Positions 34,547 to 43,404 of a stretch of 64,000 bases of DNA are shown one piece after another (positions within the stretch are counted from its first letter, which is position 1; each line of letters opens with the position of its first letter). Location of the stretch: positions 8,931 through 72,930 of the forward strand of contig JAZSLT010000017.1 of NCBI GenBank assembly GCA_045535515.1. Direction: 5' to 3'. Made by a program: the position numbers and the translations under genes. Below the pieces are notes generated by a model. The model was given only the letters and a program-made list of their open reading frames with translations. It was not told the DNA's origin and ran no database searches. Source of the DNA: Clostridia bacterium. GTDB taxonomy: Bacteria > Bacillota > Clostridia > UMGS1883 > UMGS1540.

Positions 34547-36754
34547 ATGCAAACGCTACTGTCATCGCTAAATGCCGTACAGCTTCAGGCGGTCACCCAA
34601 ACAGCCGGCCCTCTTCTGGTGCTGGCAGGCGCCGGCAGCGGTAAAACGCGTGTGCTCACCTACCGCATCGCATACCTTATCAGCGAAAAGCATGTCCCGC
34701 CGGAGAATATTCTGGCCATCACCTTTACGAATAAGGCCGCGGCCGAGATGAAATCGCGTCTTGAAAACCTTGTGGGAGAAGGGGCCGAGCGCATCTGGGC
34801 GCGCACCTTCCACTCTGCCTGCGTGCGTTTTCTCCGCCGCGACATTGAGAAAATCGGCTACAAGGCGGACTTTACCATCTACGATGCCGCCGAGCAGAAG
34901 GCCGTTGTGCGCGAATGTCTTAAAGCGCTTTCTCTCGATGAGAAGGCCTACCCCGTTTCGGCGTGTCTTTCGCAGATTTCCCATGCCAAGAACGAGATGC
35001 TTTCCCCCTCTTCTTTTGCGGCGCAACACGAGGGGAACTTCCGTATGGAAGGCTACTGCAAAGTGTACACCCGCTATCAGGCACAGCTGGAAAAATACAA
35101 CGCGGTGGATTTTGATGACCTTTTGTGTCTGACCGTCCGCCTTTTTGAGGAATGTCCCGAGGTGCTTTCCTATTACCGCAATCGGTTTACCTATATCCAT
35201 GTAGACGAATATCAGGACACCAACGCCGTACAGTACCGCCTTGTCAGCCTTCTGGCCGAAAAGCACAGAAATCTCTGCGTAGTGGGCGATGAGGACCAGA
35301 GTATTTACAAATTCCGCGGTGCCGATATTCAAAATATTTTACAATTTGAAAAATCCTTTCCGGACGCCAAAATCATTCGTCTTGAGCAAAACTACCGCTC
35401 TACCCAGAATATTCTCGATGCCGCCAACGCCGTCATTTCCCACAACACAGAGCGGCTCGGAAAACGGCTCTGGACGGATAACGGCGAAGGAAGTAAGCTT
35501 ATAAAATACCGCGCCACTACGGAATATGACGAGGCCAGCTTTATTGCCTCTGAAATCTCCCGCCTGCACAGGCAGGAGGACATTCCCTATTCCGATATGG
35601 TTGTTCTCTATCGTATGAACGCGCAGTCGCGTCCTATTGAAGAACAGCTCCTATTAAATGCGGTTCCCTATAAAATTATTAAGGGGCATCGCTTTTACGA
35701 TGCGAAGGAAATTAAAGACAGTATAGCGTATCTTCGCGCCGTGCATAATCCGGACGATGATGTGAGCCTCGCCCGCATCATTAACGAGCCAAAGCGCGGC
35801 ATCGGGGCGACCTCGCTCGGCAAGGCGATGGCGATTGCCGCCGAGGAAAATATAAGCCTTCATACGGTGATTAGTCATGACCGGTACGCGCCGGCCGTCG
35901 GCTCTTCTTGGGCGAAAATGAACGCCTTTTCCAAAATGCTGGCGGAAATCCGCGAGGAGGCGGCCACACTTTCTATTCCGGCGCTGATTTCCATGCTGTT
36001 TGAGAAAACCGGCTATATGGGCCAGTTTAATCCGGAAAATCCGGAGGATGCGGTGCATGTCGAAAATCTGCAGGAATTTATCTCCGTCGGTATCAAGTAC
36101 GAAAAAGAGGCGGAAACCTCTTCCCTTACCGATTTTCTCGATAACCTCGCCCTCGTTTCGGATGTGGACGATTACGATGAGGATATGGACAGCGCTACAT
36201 TGATGACCATTCACACCGCCAAGGGACTGGAATTTCCGGTTGTGTTTCTGGCCGGCTTTGAAGAGGGTGTTTTCCCCTCCTACCGCGCCGTGACGGAAAG
36301 TGGCGAAATTGAAGAGGAGCGCCGCCTTTGCTATGTGGCCTTAACGCGCGCGAAAAAGAACCTATATGTCACGCACGCGCAAACGCGTACGCTTATGGGT
36401 GCCACCACGCGAAATCGCGTGTCCCGCTTTATGCTGGATATTCCCGAAAAGCTTTACATCGAGGAGGGCGCCGACATACAGGTACATGGTGTGGATATTC
36501 CGGCCTTCACGCCGCGACCGCGCACCCCTGCCCGATTCCAGACAACGATTATGACAAAAACGCCTGCCCCCGCGCCCGCGGCGTGTAGCTGTCCGCTTTC
36601 TGTCGGAGATAAGGTACGGCACAGAAAATTCGGCGAAGGCACCGTTCTTTCCGCGGTGCCGGTGGGAAATGATACGAAGCTCGAGATTAACTTCCTCACC
36701 GCCGGTAAAAAAACACTTCTGGCGACATATGCGCAACTGGAAAAACTGGATTAA
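34547..36754 (+). CDS. pcrA: ATP-dependent DNA helicase PcrA/UvrD family
   Basis: Contains AGAGSGKT, VDEYQDTN, the IHTAKGLEFPVVF segment and YVALTRAK. Start moved to the ATG at 34547, which follows AAGGAGG. Confidence 0.9.
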   Translation: MQTLLSSLNAVQLQAVTQTAGPLLVLAGAGSGKTRVLTYRIAYLISEKHVPPENILAITFTNKAAAEMKSRLENLVGEGAERIWARTFHSACVRFLRRDIEKIGYKADFTIYDAAEQKAVVRECLKALSLDEKAYPVSACLSQISHAKNEMLSPSSFAAQHEGNFRMEGYCKVYTRYQAQLEKYNAVDFDDLLCLTVRLFEECPEVLSYYRNRFTYIHVDEYQDTNAVQYRLVSLLAEKHRNLCVVGDEDQSIYKFRGADIQNILQFEKSFPDAKIIRLEQNYRSTQNILDAANAVISHNTERLGKRLWTDNGEGSKLIKYRATTEYDEASFIASEISRLHRQEDIPYSDMVVLYRMNAQSRPIEEQLLLNAVPYKIIKGHRFYDAKEIKDSIAYLRAVHNPDDDVSLARIINEPKRGIGATSLGKAMAIAAEENISLHTVISHDRYAPAVGSSWAKMNAFSKMLAEIREEAATLSIPALISMLFEKTGYMGQFNPENPEDAVHVENLQEFISVGIKYEKEAETSSLTDFLDNLALVSDVDDYDEDMDSATLMTIHTAKGLEFPVVFLAGFEEGVFPSYRAVTESGEIEEERRLCYVALTRAKKNLYVTHAQTRTLMGATTRNRVSRFMLDIPEKLYIEEGADIQVHGVDIPAFTPRPRTPARFQTTIMTKTPAPAPAACSCPLSVGDKVRHRKFGEGTVLSAVPVGNDTKLEINFLTAGKKTLLATYAQLEKLD

Positions 36755-36757
36755 AAA

Positions 36758-37000
36758 GGGAATGTAAAACAAAGCGCAGAGCGCTTATGGGCGGGATTGG
36801 TGAAATTTCCGAAAAGCAGACATTCCCTAACAAATAGCTTTATGTAGAAATCTGCAGTTTTTGCAGATGTGTGTTATGTGTAGCCCATAAGCTCTAAACG
36901 AACCTCACCGCTCGTCGTACCCATGTACGACTTCGGGTATCCCTCGTGGGCAAGCCCCCTCGGTTCGGTTCGTTTATTCTGCATCTTTTTTTCCATCCCC
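36758..37000. repeat. Copy A of a ~245-nt structured repeat element (MITE-like or ncRNA-like)
   Basis: It starts with GGGAATGTAAAA and ends with TTTTTTCCATCCCC. It shares sequence blocks and a covarying helix architecture with 52008-52258. Confidence 0.65.
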
Positions 37001-37007
37001 CAAAAAA

Positions 37008-37031
37008 GGGAATGTAAAATAAAGCGTAGAT
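37008..37031. repeat. Solo left-end fragment of the same element (duplicate of 36758-36781)
   Basis: GGGAATGTAAAATAAAGCGTAGAT versus GGGAATGTAAAACAAAGCGCAGAG. Confidence 0.55.
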
Positions 37032-37062
37032 GAGCGCGCATACAGGTTTTATCCTATTTTTC

Positions 37063-37103
37063 AAAAAGCGGCAGTAAAAAACAATGTTTTTTACTGCCGC
37101 TTT
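37063..37103 (-). terminator. Intrinsic terminator after the noc/parB-like gene
   Basis: An 18-bp stem AAAGCGGCAGTAAAAAAC / GTTTTTTACTGCCGCTTT with a T-run on the minus strand. Confidence 0.8.
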
Positions 37104-37104
37104 C

Positions 37105-37920
37105 TTACTTATCTATGCGTATGGTGTACTCGTAATAATCCTCATATTCCGTCTTTCTTGTTTTCGGCTTTACCCCTGCCTCGCGCACCATCTCAAGGGC
37201 CTTTTCAATCGTATTTAAAAAGATACGGTAATCGCTTTTCTTCCGTTTGACTACGGGTGGCGGCGCAGGCACCGCCTCCTCCGGCTTTTCCTCCTCGGCT
37301 AAAAGCGAATCTATGTAGGAATCCGTCTGGCGTACATTCATGTTTTTTTCCACAATCTGCATCAGCGCCTTCCATTGCAGCTCCTCATCCTCCAGACGAA
37401 GGAGTGCGCGGGCGTGCCGTTCGGTCAGCTTATTGTCCGATACAATTTTCTTTAAATACGGCGATAGCTTTAAAATCCGGAGCTTATTGGAAACGGTGGA
37501 TTGCTTTTTGCCTGTTTTTTCCGCCACCTCCTCCTGTGTCATCCCATGGTCGTGAATCAGATGGTAATACCCCTCCGCCTCCTCAAAAAAGCCAAGCTCC
37601 TTCCGCTGGAGATTTTCAATCAGCGCGATGACGGCGCTATCGTTATCCGTAATCGTCAGAATCATGGCCGGAATGGTGGGACGGCGCAGCGATTTTGCCG
37701 CCCGAAGCCGCCTCTCTCCCGTAACCAGCTCATAAAGGTCCTTGGAAATACGGCGCACAGTAATCGGCTGGATAATGCCGTATTCCCGAATGGAATTGGC
37801 CAGCTCCTCAATCGCCATACTGTCGAAGGTCTGGCGCGGCTGATAGGGATTGGGGATGATGGAATCCACGGGTAACTGAAAAATTTTATTTTTTTCGTCC
37901 TGTAGTTTAAAATTCAACAT
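37105..37920 (-). CDS. ParB/Noc-family DNA-binding protein (nucleoid occlusion / Spo0J-like)
   Basis: Contains the ParB box GERRLRAAK, NPYQPRQ, and the HTH MTQEEVAEKTGKKQSTVSNKLR. Start moved to the ATG at 37920, which follows GAGGTG. Confidence 0.8.
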   Translation of the reverse strand: MLNFKLQDEKNKIFQLPVDSIIPNPYQPRQTFDSMAIEELANSIREYGIIQPITVRRISKDLYELVTGERRLRAAKSLRRPTIPAMILTITDNDSAVIALIENLQRKELGFFEEAEGYYHLIHDHGMTQEEVAEKTGKKQSTVSNKLRILKLSPYLKKIVSDNKLTERHARALLRLEDEELQWKALMQIVEKNMNVRQTDSYIDSLLAEEEKPEEAVPAPPPVVKRKKSDYRIFLNTIEKALEMVREAGVKPKTRKTEYEDYYEYTIRIDK

Positions 37921-37994
37921 ATATGCATCACCTCGGAAAAATATTACCATATTTTTCCATATTTGTAAAGAAAAAAATTCCGACTTCTTTTTCA

Positions 37995-38690
37995 TCAAGA
38001 AATCGGAGATTTTTGTGGTTTTCCGGCTTTTCTGGGGTACTGTGCCGGTGTTTGTCGCTCCTTGCGGATAGCGATGACAATATGCTCGGTATCCTGCCAG
38101 GATGCGTCAAAAATTTCTGTAATTTTTCCGCCTAAAATCCGGATGGCTTTTTCGGCTTTTTCCGTTTCCTCTTTGCCGTCGCGCCCCTTCATCGCCAAAA
38201 ATACGCCGCCCACCTTCACAAGCGGCAGGCAATACTCGCAAAGCACCGGGAGCCCTGCCACCGCACGGGCGGTAACGACATCAAAGGCCTCGCGAAATGT
38301 GCTGTGCCCCGCGTCCTCCGCTCTTATGTGCGCCGTTTCTATGCCGGAAAGCGAAAGCTCTTCTATAACGGCCTCTAAAAAATGCAGGCGCTTTTGTAGG
38401 GCATCCATAAGCACTACTTTTAGGTCCTCCCGCACAATCCGAAGCGGCACGCCCGGAAAGCCGGCCCCTGTGCCGACATCGGCTACCCTCGCCCCTTCCG
38501 GCACAAGCGACTGGCAGCTTATACTGTCCACAAAATGCTTGTTGACCACGCCGGCATGGTCGGTAATCGCCGTTAAATTCATTTTTTCGTTCCATTCAAG
38601 GAGCCGTTTTTCATAGAGGGCAAACCGTCGGCACATCTCGTCCGTAGGTGTGATGCCAAAGGCGGACAGCCCTTTTTTCAGTTCTTCCAT
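37995..38690 (-). CDS. rsmG: 16S rRNA (guanine527-N7)-methyltransferase
   Basis: 231 aa with the VGTGAGFPG SAM motif, in the gidA-gidB context. Confidence 0.85.
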   Translation of the reverse strand: MEELKKGLSAFGITPTDEMCRRFALYEKRLLEWNEKMNLTAITDHAGVVNKHFVDSISCQSLVPEGARVADVGTGAGFPGVPLRIVREDLKVVLMDALQKRLHFLEAVIEELSLSGIETAHIRAEDAGHSTFREAFDVVTARAVAGLPVLCEYCLPLVKVGGVFLAMKGRDGKEETEKAEKAIRILGGKITEIFDASWQDTEHIVIAIRKERQTPAQYPRKAGKPQKSPIS

Positions 38691-38691
38691 A

Positions 38692-40566
38692 TTACTGTAA
38701 TTTCCCCTTTTCCAGATACACCAGCAGCACGCTGATATCGGCAGGCGAAACGCCCGAAATGCGTGAGGCCTGCCCTAAATTTTTCGGTTGGTGCTTTGTC
38801 AGCTTTTGCCGCGCCTCGGTGCAAAGACCGTCCAAAAGCATATAGTCAAGGCCCTCGGGAAGGCGCCGGTCCTCCAGCTTTCGAAATTGCTGCACCGCCT
38901 TTTTCTGTCTTTCAATATAGCCGGCATATTTAATACGGATTTCCGCCTCACGCCAGACGCCTGCAGGAAGGGCAGGGCGCTCCGTATCCACAGGGGAGAG
39001 CGCCGCGTAGGAAATTTGCGGACGGCGGATAAGGTCGGCCAGGCGAATGCCTGTTTGCACCGGCTCACATCCGGCCGCCTCCATAATGGCAGCAAGCGCC
39101 TTGGTTGGCGGAATGGAATTTTTTTCAAGGCGATATATTTCTTCTTCTATCTGTCTCTCTTTTTCGCTGAAGGCGGCAAACCGTGCCTCGGTTACAAGAC
39201 CGGCTGCATGCGCCTTTGGCGTCAGGCGCGCATCGGCATTGTCCTGCCGGAGCAAAAGCCGGTATTCCGCGCGCGAGGTCATCATGCGGTACGGCTCATT
39301 CGTCCCCTTCGTAACAAGGTCATCAATCAGAACGCCCACATACCCCTCGTCGCGCCCGATAATAAGAGGTTCTTTTCCCAAAATGCGAAGCGCCGCATTG
39401 GCACCGGCCACAAGCCCCTGTGCCGCCGCCTCCTCATAGCCGGAGGTACCGTTAAACTGGCCGGCACCGTAAAGGCCGCGAATACGGCGGTGCTCCAGCG
39501 TAGGCTCCAGCTCTGTCGGGTCACAGCAATCGTATTCAATCGCGTAGCCGGCGCGCATAATCACCGCATTTTCAAGGCCGGCAATGGAATGGAGAACGGC
39601 CTCCTGTACATCCTCGGGAAGCGAGGTGGAAAGGCCGGAAACATACATTTCCTCCGTATCCAGCCCCATAGGCTCAATAAAAAGCTGGTGCCTCTCGCGT
39701 TCGGAAAAGCGCACCACCTTGTCCTCAATAGACGGGCAATAACGGGCGCCCACCCCTTCAATCACGCCGCTGAACATGGGCGCGCGGTGAATATTATTTC
39801 GGATAATTTCATGCGTTTTTTCGTTTGTATAAGTAAGATAACACGCCACGCGGTTTTCCATTTTTCCTGTTGTTTCAAAGGAAAACGGTGTAATTTCGTC
39901 ATCGCCGTACTGCGGCTCCATCTTGGAGAAATCAAGGCTCCGCCGGCTGATACGCGGCGGCGTTCCCGTTTTAAAGCGGCGAAGAGGGATGCCGGCCGCC
40001 GCAAGAGACTTTGCGAGCGCCGTGGACGGAAACATACCGTCCGGTCCGCCGGCGTGGCTATGCTCGCCCGTAATGATTTTGCCGTTTAGGTAGGTACCGG
40101 TGGCAATCACGACCGCCGGGGCAAAAAATTCGGCCCCGAGATGGGTTTTTACGCCTTGCACCGCGCCGTCCTTTATCAGGATTTCCACAATCTCCGCCTG
40201 CCGTACATCGAGGTTTTCCGTTTCCTCCATGCGTTTTTTCATTTCGCGCATGTATGACCATTTATCGGTCTGTGCGCGAAGGGCGTGCACGGCCGGCCCT
40301 TTCCCCGTATTTAAAAGGCGCGACTGCAAAAAGGTGGCATCGGCCGCCTTTCCCATCACACCCCCGAGGGCATCTATTTCACGCACCAGATGGCCTTTGG
40401 CGCTGCCGCCGATATTGGGGTTACAGGACATGGATGCCAGAAAATCCAGGCTCATGGAAAAAAGCAGGGTCCGGGCACCTACGCGCGCCGCGGCCGCGGC
40501 CGCCTCACAGCCGGCATGTCCGCCGCCGACTACGATGACATCATATTCCGTATTTGCTGTGTGCAT
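38692..40566 (-). CDS. mnmG: tRNA uridine 5-carboxymethylaminomethyl modification enzyme MnmG
   Basis: 624 aa with YDVIVVGGGHAGCEAA, GPRYCPSIEDK-like (ARYCPSIEDK) and GQFNGTSGYEEAA. Confidence 0.9.
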   Translation of the reverse strand: MHTANTEYDVIVVGGGHAGCEAAAAAARVGARTLLFSMSLDFLASMSCNPNIGGSAKGHLVREIDALGGVMGKAADATFLQSRLLNTGKGPAVHALRAQTDKWSYMREMKKRMEETENLDVRQAEIVEILIKDGAVQGVKTHLGAEFFAPAVVIATGTYLNGKIITGEHSHAGGPDGMFPSTALAKSLAAAGIPLRRFKTGTPPRISRRSLDFSKMEPQYGDDEITPFSFETTGKMENRVACYLTYTNEKTHEIIRNNIHRAPMFSGVIEGVGARYCPSIEDKVVRFSERERHQLFIEPMGLDTEEMYVSGLSTSLPEDVQEAVLHSIAGLENAVIMRAGYAIEYDCCDPTELEPTLEHRRIRGLYGAGQFNGTSGYEEAAAQGLVAGANAALRILGKEPLIIGRDEGYVGVLIDDLVTKGTNEPYRMMTSRAEYRLLLRQDNADARLTPKAHAAGLVTEARFAAFSEKERQIEEEIYRLEKNSIPPTKALAAIMEAAGCEPVQTGIRLADLIRRPQISYAALSPVDTERPALPAGVWREAEIRIKYAGYIERQKKAVQQFRKLEDRRLPEGLDYMLLDGLCTEARQKLTKHQPKNLGQASRISGVSPADISVLLVYLEKGKLQ

Positions 40567-40577
40567 TTTTCTGCCTC

Positions 40578-41372
40578 CTACTTCCGCGGTTTTTTCACAT
40601 ACAGTACGCCGATTAAGCGATTGACTATCGTGATGCCCAGCACCTTTTTCACCGCCACCAAAAGCTTATAGCTAAAACCGGCCGTATACAGGGGCCTTAC
40701 ATGTCTTTTTGTGCCAACGCGGACAATAACGCGGGCAACCGAGGCCGCGTTCATGCCCTTCTCCTCGTCCTTTTCCATCACCGCGACCGAGGCGCCGATG
40801 CGGCCTTCATATATTTCTTCGCCCGAAAACGCCTTTTCTCTTGCCGCCGTAAAGCCGGTTTTTGTGTCACCCGGCATCACCGCCGTAGCCGTTATGCCAA
40901 ACGGACGCACCTCATTGCGAAGCGCCGAGATAAAAGCATTGACAGCCGCTTTCGAAGCCGAGTAAAAGCTTTGAAACGGAATGGGAAAAACGGCCGCAGC
41001 AGAGCTTACTGCCACCACGCGTCCCCTCGCCTTGCGAAGGAGCGGCATCGCCTCTCTACAGGCGAGAAAAACGCCGAAGAAGTTTACGGCAAACTGCTTT
41101 TCGGCCGCCGAAAGTGCGGTAAATTCCGCCGCCCCGGCAATGCCCATGCCGGCATTACAGATAAGAAGGTCAATTTTCCCTTCTCTGGCCCGTATTCTTT
41201 CCATGGCCGCCGCCACACTTTCTTCGTTTGTGACATCGGTATCAATATGGATAAGGCTGCCCTCGTCCTCGCCGTGGCGGCTGAGGTCATACACCCGATA
41301 ATTTTTCGCTAAAAGCTTTGCCACCTCACGCCCGATACCGCCGGAGGCGCCTGTAATTACCGCAACCTTCAT
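40578..41372 (-). CDS. Short-chain dehydrogenase/reductase (SDR) family oxidoreductase
   Basis: Contains TGASGGIGRE, NAG and YSASK motifs. Confidence 0.8.
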   Translation of the reverse strand: MKVAVITGASGGIGREVAKLLAKNYRVYDLSRHGEDEGSLIHIDTDVTNEESVAAAMERIRAREGKIDLLICNAGMGIAGAAEFTALSAAEKQFAVNFFGVFLACREAMPLLRKARGRVVAVSSAAAVFPIPFQSFYSASKAAVNAFISALRNEVRPFGITATAVMPGDTKTGFTAAREKAFSGEEIYEGRIGASVAVMEKDEEKGMNAASVARVIVRVGTKRHVRPLYTAGFSYKLLVAVKKVLGITIVNRLIGVLYVKKPRK

Positions 41373-42325
41373 CTTTCTTCCTCTTTCTTTTGTTTCTCCG
41401 CAAATTCGAGGAGAATTTCGCTCATTTCTTCATAGGTAACCGCCTGGTTGATGCGCGCGCGAACGGCGGCTGCCCCCACAGCGCCGTGGACATACCACGC
41501 CGCATGCTTTCGCGCTTCCAAAACAGCCGTTTTCTGTCCTTTATAGCGGACCATACGGCGAATCTGGTCGAGACATACCGAAATGCGGGTATGTGCGTCC
41601 TCTCGCGTTTTGATTTCCCCGAACGCCTGCATTTCCTTTATCTGGCGGAAAATAAAGGGGTTTCCCATCGCGCCGCGCCCGAGCATCACCGCATCGCATC
41701 CCGTTTCGTTTTGCATGGCGATAGCATCTTCTGCCGAAAAAATATCACCGTTGCCGATAACAGGTATACGGACCGCTTTTTTGACGCGCGCAATCGTGCC
41801 CCAATCGGCCCTTCCGCGGTATTGCTCCTTCGTTGTGCGCCCATGCACCGCAATCGCGGCCGCGCCGGCATCCTCCAGAGCCTTTGCCATTTCCGGTGCC
41901 GTTTCCTCCTCCCAGCCTTTCCGGATTTTCACCGTAACCGGCACAGAGGAGGCCGCGACAACAGCCTTTACAATGCGTTGTGCCAGGGGAATATCCCTTA
42001 GAAGCGCCGAGCCGTCACCACCGCCTGTGATTTTCGGTGCCGGACAACCCATATTGATATCGATGCAATCGGCCATATCACAAAGGCGCGCCGCCGCCTC
42101 GGCCAGCACCTCGGGTTCATGCCCGAACAGCTGCACCACATGGGGGCGCGGCTCTCCGTCCATATCAAGGAGAGCAAAGGTTTTCTTGTCGCCATATTGC
42201 ATGGCCTTTGCACTTATCATCTCCGAATAAGCCAGGTCTGCCCCCATTTCCCGGCAGACCTGCCGAAAGGCAAGGTCACTCACGCCGGCCATGGGGGCGA
42301 GAATTACTTTATTATAAAAATCCAT
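41369..42325 (-). CDS. dusB: tRNA-dihydrouridine synthase
   Basis: Contains LAPMAGVSD and DINMGCP. The ATG at 42325 overlaps the upstream stop (TAATG coupling). Confidence 0.85.
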   Translation of the reverse strand: MDFYNKVILAPMAGVSDLAFRQVCREMGADLAYSEMISAKAMQYGDKKTFALLDMDGEPRPHVVQLFGHEPEVLAEAAARLCDMADCIDINMGCPAPKITGGGDGSALLRDIPLAQRIVKAVVAASSVPVTVKIRKGWEEETAPEMAKALEDAGAAAIAVHGRTTKEQYRGRADWGTIARVKKAVRIPVIGNGDIFSAEDAIAMQNETGCDAVMLGRGAMGNPFIFRQIKEMQAFGEIKTREDAHTRISVCLDQIRRMVRYKGQKTAVLEARKHAAWYVHGAVGAAAVRARINQAVTYEEMSEILLEFAEKQKKEEER

Positions 42326-43386
42326 TATAAATCCAACTTCAAATCGTTTTCCCGTATCCACCCGATTTTACGGAAAAATAAACTGATGCCCCATGTCAAA
42401 AGAGCAGGCAGCACGATGGCTATGAGCAAAAGGCCCACCCAGTCCATCGCACCAATCGCGTTCTTTACGCCGTTTGCCACATCGGCTATCCAGCCGGAAT
42501 ACACGCCGATAGGGCCGACCATGCCACAGGTGCCCATGCCGGAGGAAACGGCAGGGCCGTTCATCTGCAGGCGGAATACGCAGGTCGCAATCGGGCCGGT
42601 AATGGCCGAGGCCAATGTGGGCGGAATCCAGATGCGCCAGTTTTTCACGATATTTCCCATCTGAAGCATGCTCGTTCCAATACCTTGCGCCAAAAGACCG
42701 CCCCAGCGGTTTTCGCGAAAGCTCATCACGGCAAAGCCAATCATCTGCGCACAGCAGCCGGCTACCGCCGCGCCCCCTGCAAGTCCCGTAAGGCCAAGGG
42801 CGGCACAAATGGCGGCGCTGCTTATCGGCAGCGTTAGCGCAATGCCGACAAAAACAGATACCAAAACGCCCATCAGAAACGGCTGCAGCTCGGTTGCCCA
42901 CATAATCGCGCCGCCGGCCGCACTCGCCGCCTTGCCGATATACGGCGCGCACCAGATAGAAAGAAGAACGCCTACACCTATTGTGATAACCGGCGTAACA
43001 ATAATATCCACCTTCGTTTCCTTGCTGACGATTTTACCGATTTCGGCGGCTATGGTAGCCACCACATAAACGGCCAGCGGACCGCCGGCGCCGCCGAGGG
43101 CGTTGGCCGCCTGACCGACAGCGGCGAGAGAAAACAAAACGAGCGGCGGGCACTGGAGCGCATAGCCGATAGCCACCGCCATCGCCACGCCCGTAACCGC
43201 CTTTGCATAAGTGGCAATTTCACTTAAAACGGGAATGGAAAGCTGTGTGCCCAAAGTGTCTAAAATCGTTCCGATTAAAAGAGAGGCAAAAAGGCCCTGT
43301 GCCATTGCCCCGAGGGCATCAATTCCGTACCGTTTGAGCGAAAAGGTTACATTTTTCCGTTTCAGAAATTCAATAAACTTACTCAC
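42325..43386 (-). CDS. PTS EIIC-like polytopic membrane protein (EIIC_2-type), orphan
   Basis: 353 aa, about 10 hydrophobic segments, Gly/Ala-rich. No EIIA/EIIB genes nearby. The family assignment is from memory of the sequence pattern only. Confidence 0.5.
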   Translation of the reverse strand: MSKFIEFLKRKNVTFSLKRYGIDALGAMAQGLFASLLIGTILDTLGTQLSIPVLSEIATYAKAVTGVAMAVAIGYALQCPPLVLFSLAAVGQAANALGGAGGPLAVYVVATIAAEIGKIVSKETKVDIIVTPVITIGVGVLLSIWCAPYIGKAASAAGGAIMWATELQPFLMGVLVSVFVGIALTLPISSAAICAALGLTGLAGGAAVAGCCAQMIGFAVMSFRENRWGGLLAQGIGTSMLQMGNIVKNWRIWIPPTLASAITGPIATCVFRLQMNGPAVSSGMGTCGMVGPIGVYSGWIADVANGVKNAIGAMDWVGLLLIAIVLPALLTWGISLFFRKIGWIRENDLKLDL

Positions 43387-43404
43387 GCCTATCCTTCCCT
43401 TCTT

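Noticed and set aside
36758-37000. Short minus-strand ORFs starting MEK... inside both copies of the ~245-nt repeat (possible toxin or small protein).
   Set aside because: The G-run abuts the ATG with no spacer for a Shine-Dalgarno sequence. The two predicted peptides share no similarity beyond MEK, and the conserved nucleotide core is read in different frames. Conservation is at the level of base pairing, not codons.
3984-40089. Many long ORFs in the track that run antisense to the genes called here (for example 3984-4937, 6656-7651, 10074-11177, 12577-13473, 15100-16215, 22991-23890, 27568-28452, 32590-33444, 33479-34477, 38788-40089).
   Set aside because: Their translations are low-complexity, Arg/Ala/Gly/Pro-rich 'shadow' sequences with no recognisable motifs. 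The opposite strand in each case encodes a protein with clear family signatures. This is typical of GC-rich DNA.
37105-40566. The mnmG-rsmG-noc cluster as an indicator that oriC or parS lies in this window.
   Set aside because: This gene trio is usually origin-proximal, but soj/spo0J, dnaA and rnpA are absent here. I did not see DnaA-box clusters or a TGTTNCACGTGAAACA-type parS by eye. A pattern scan would be needed to exclude them.
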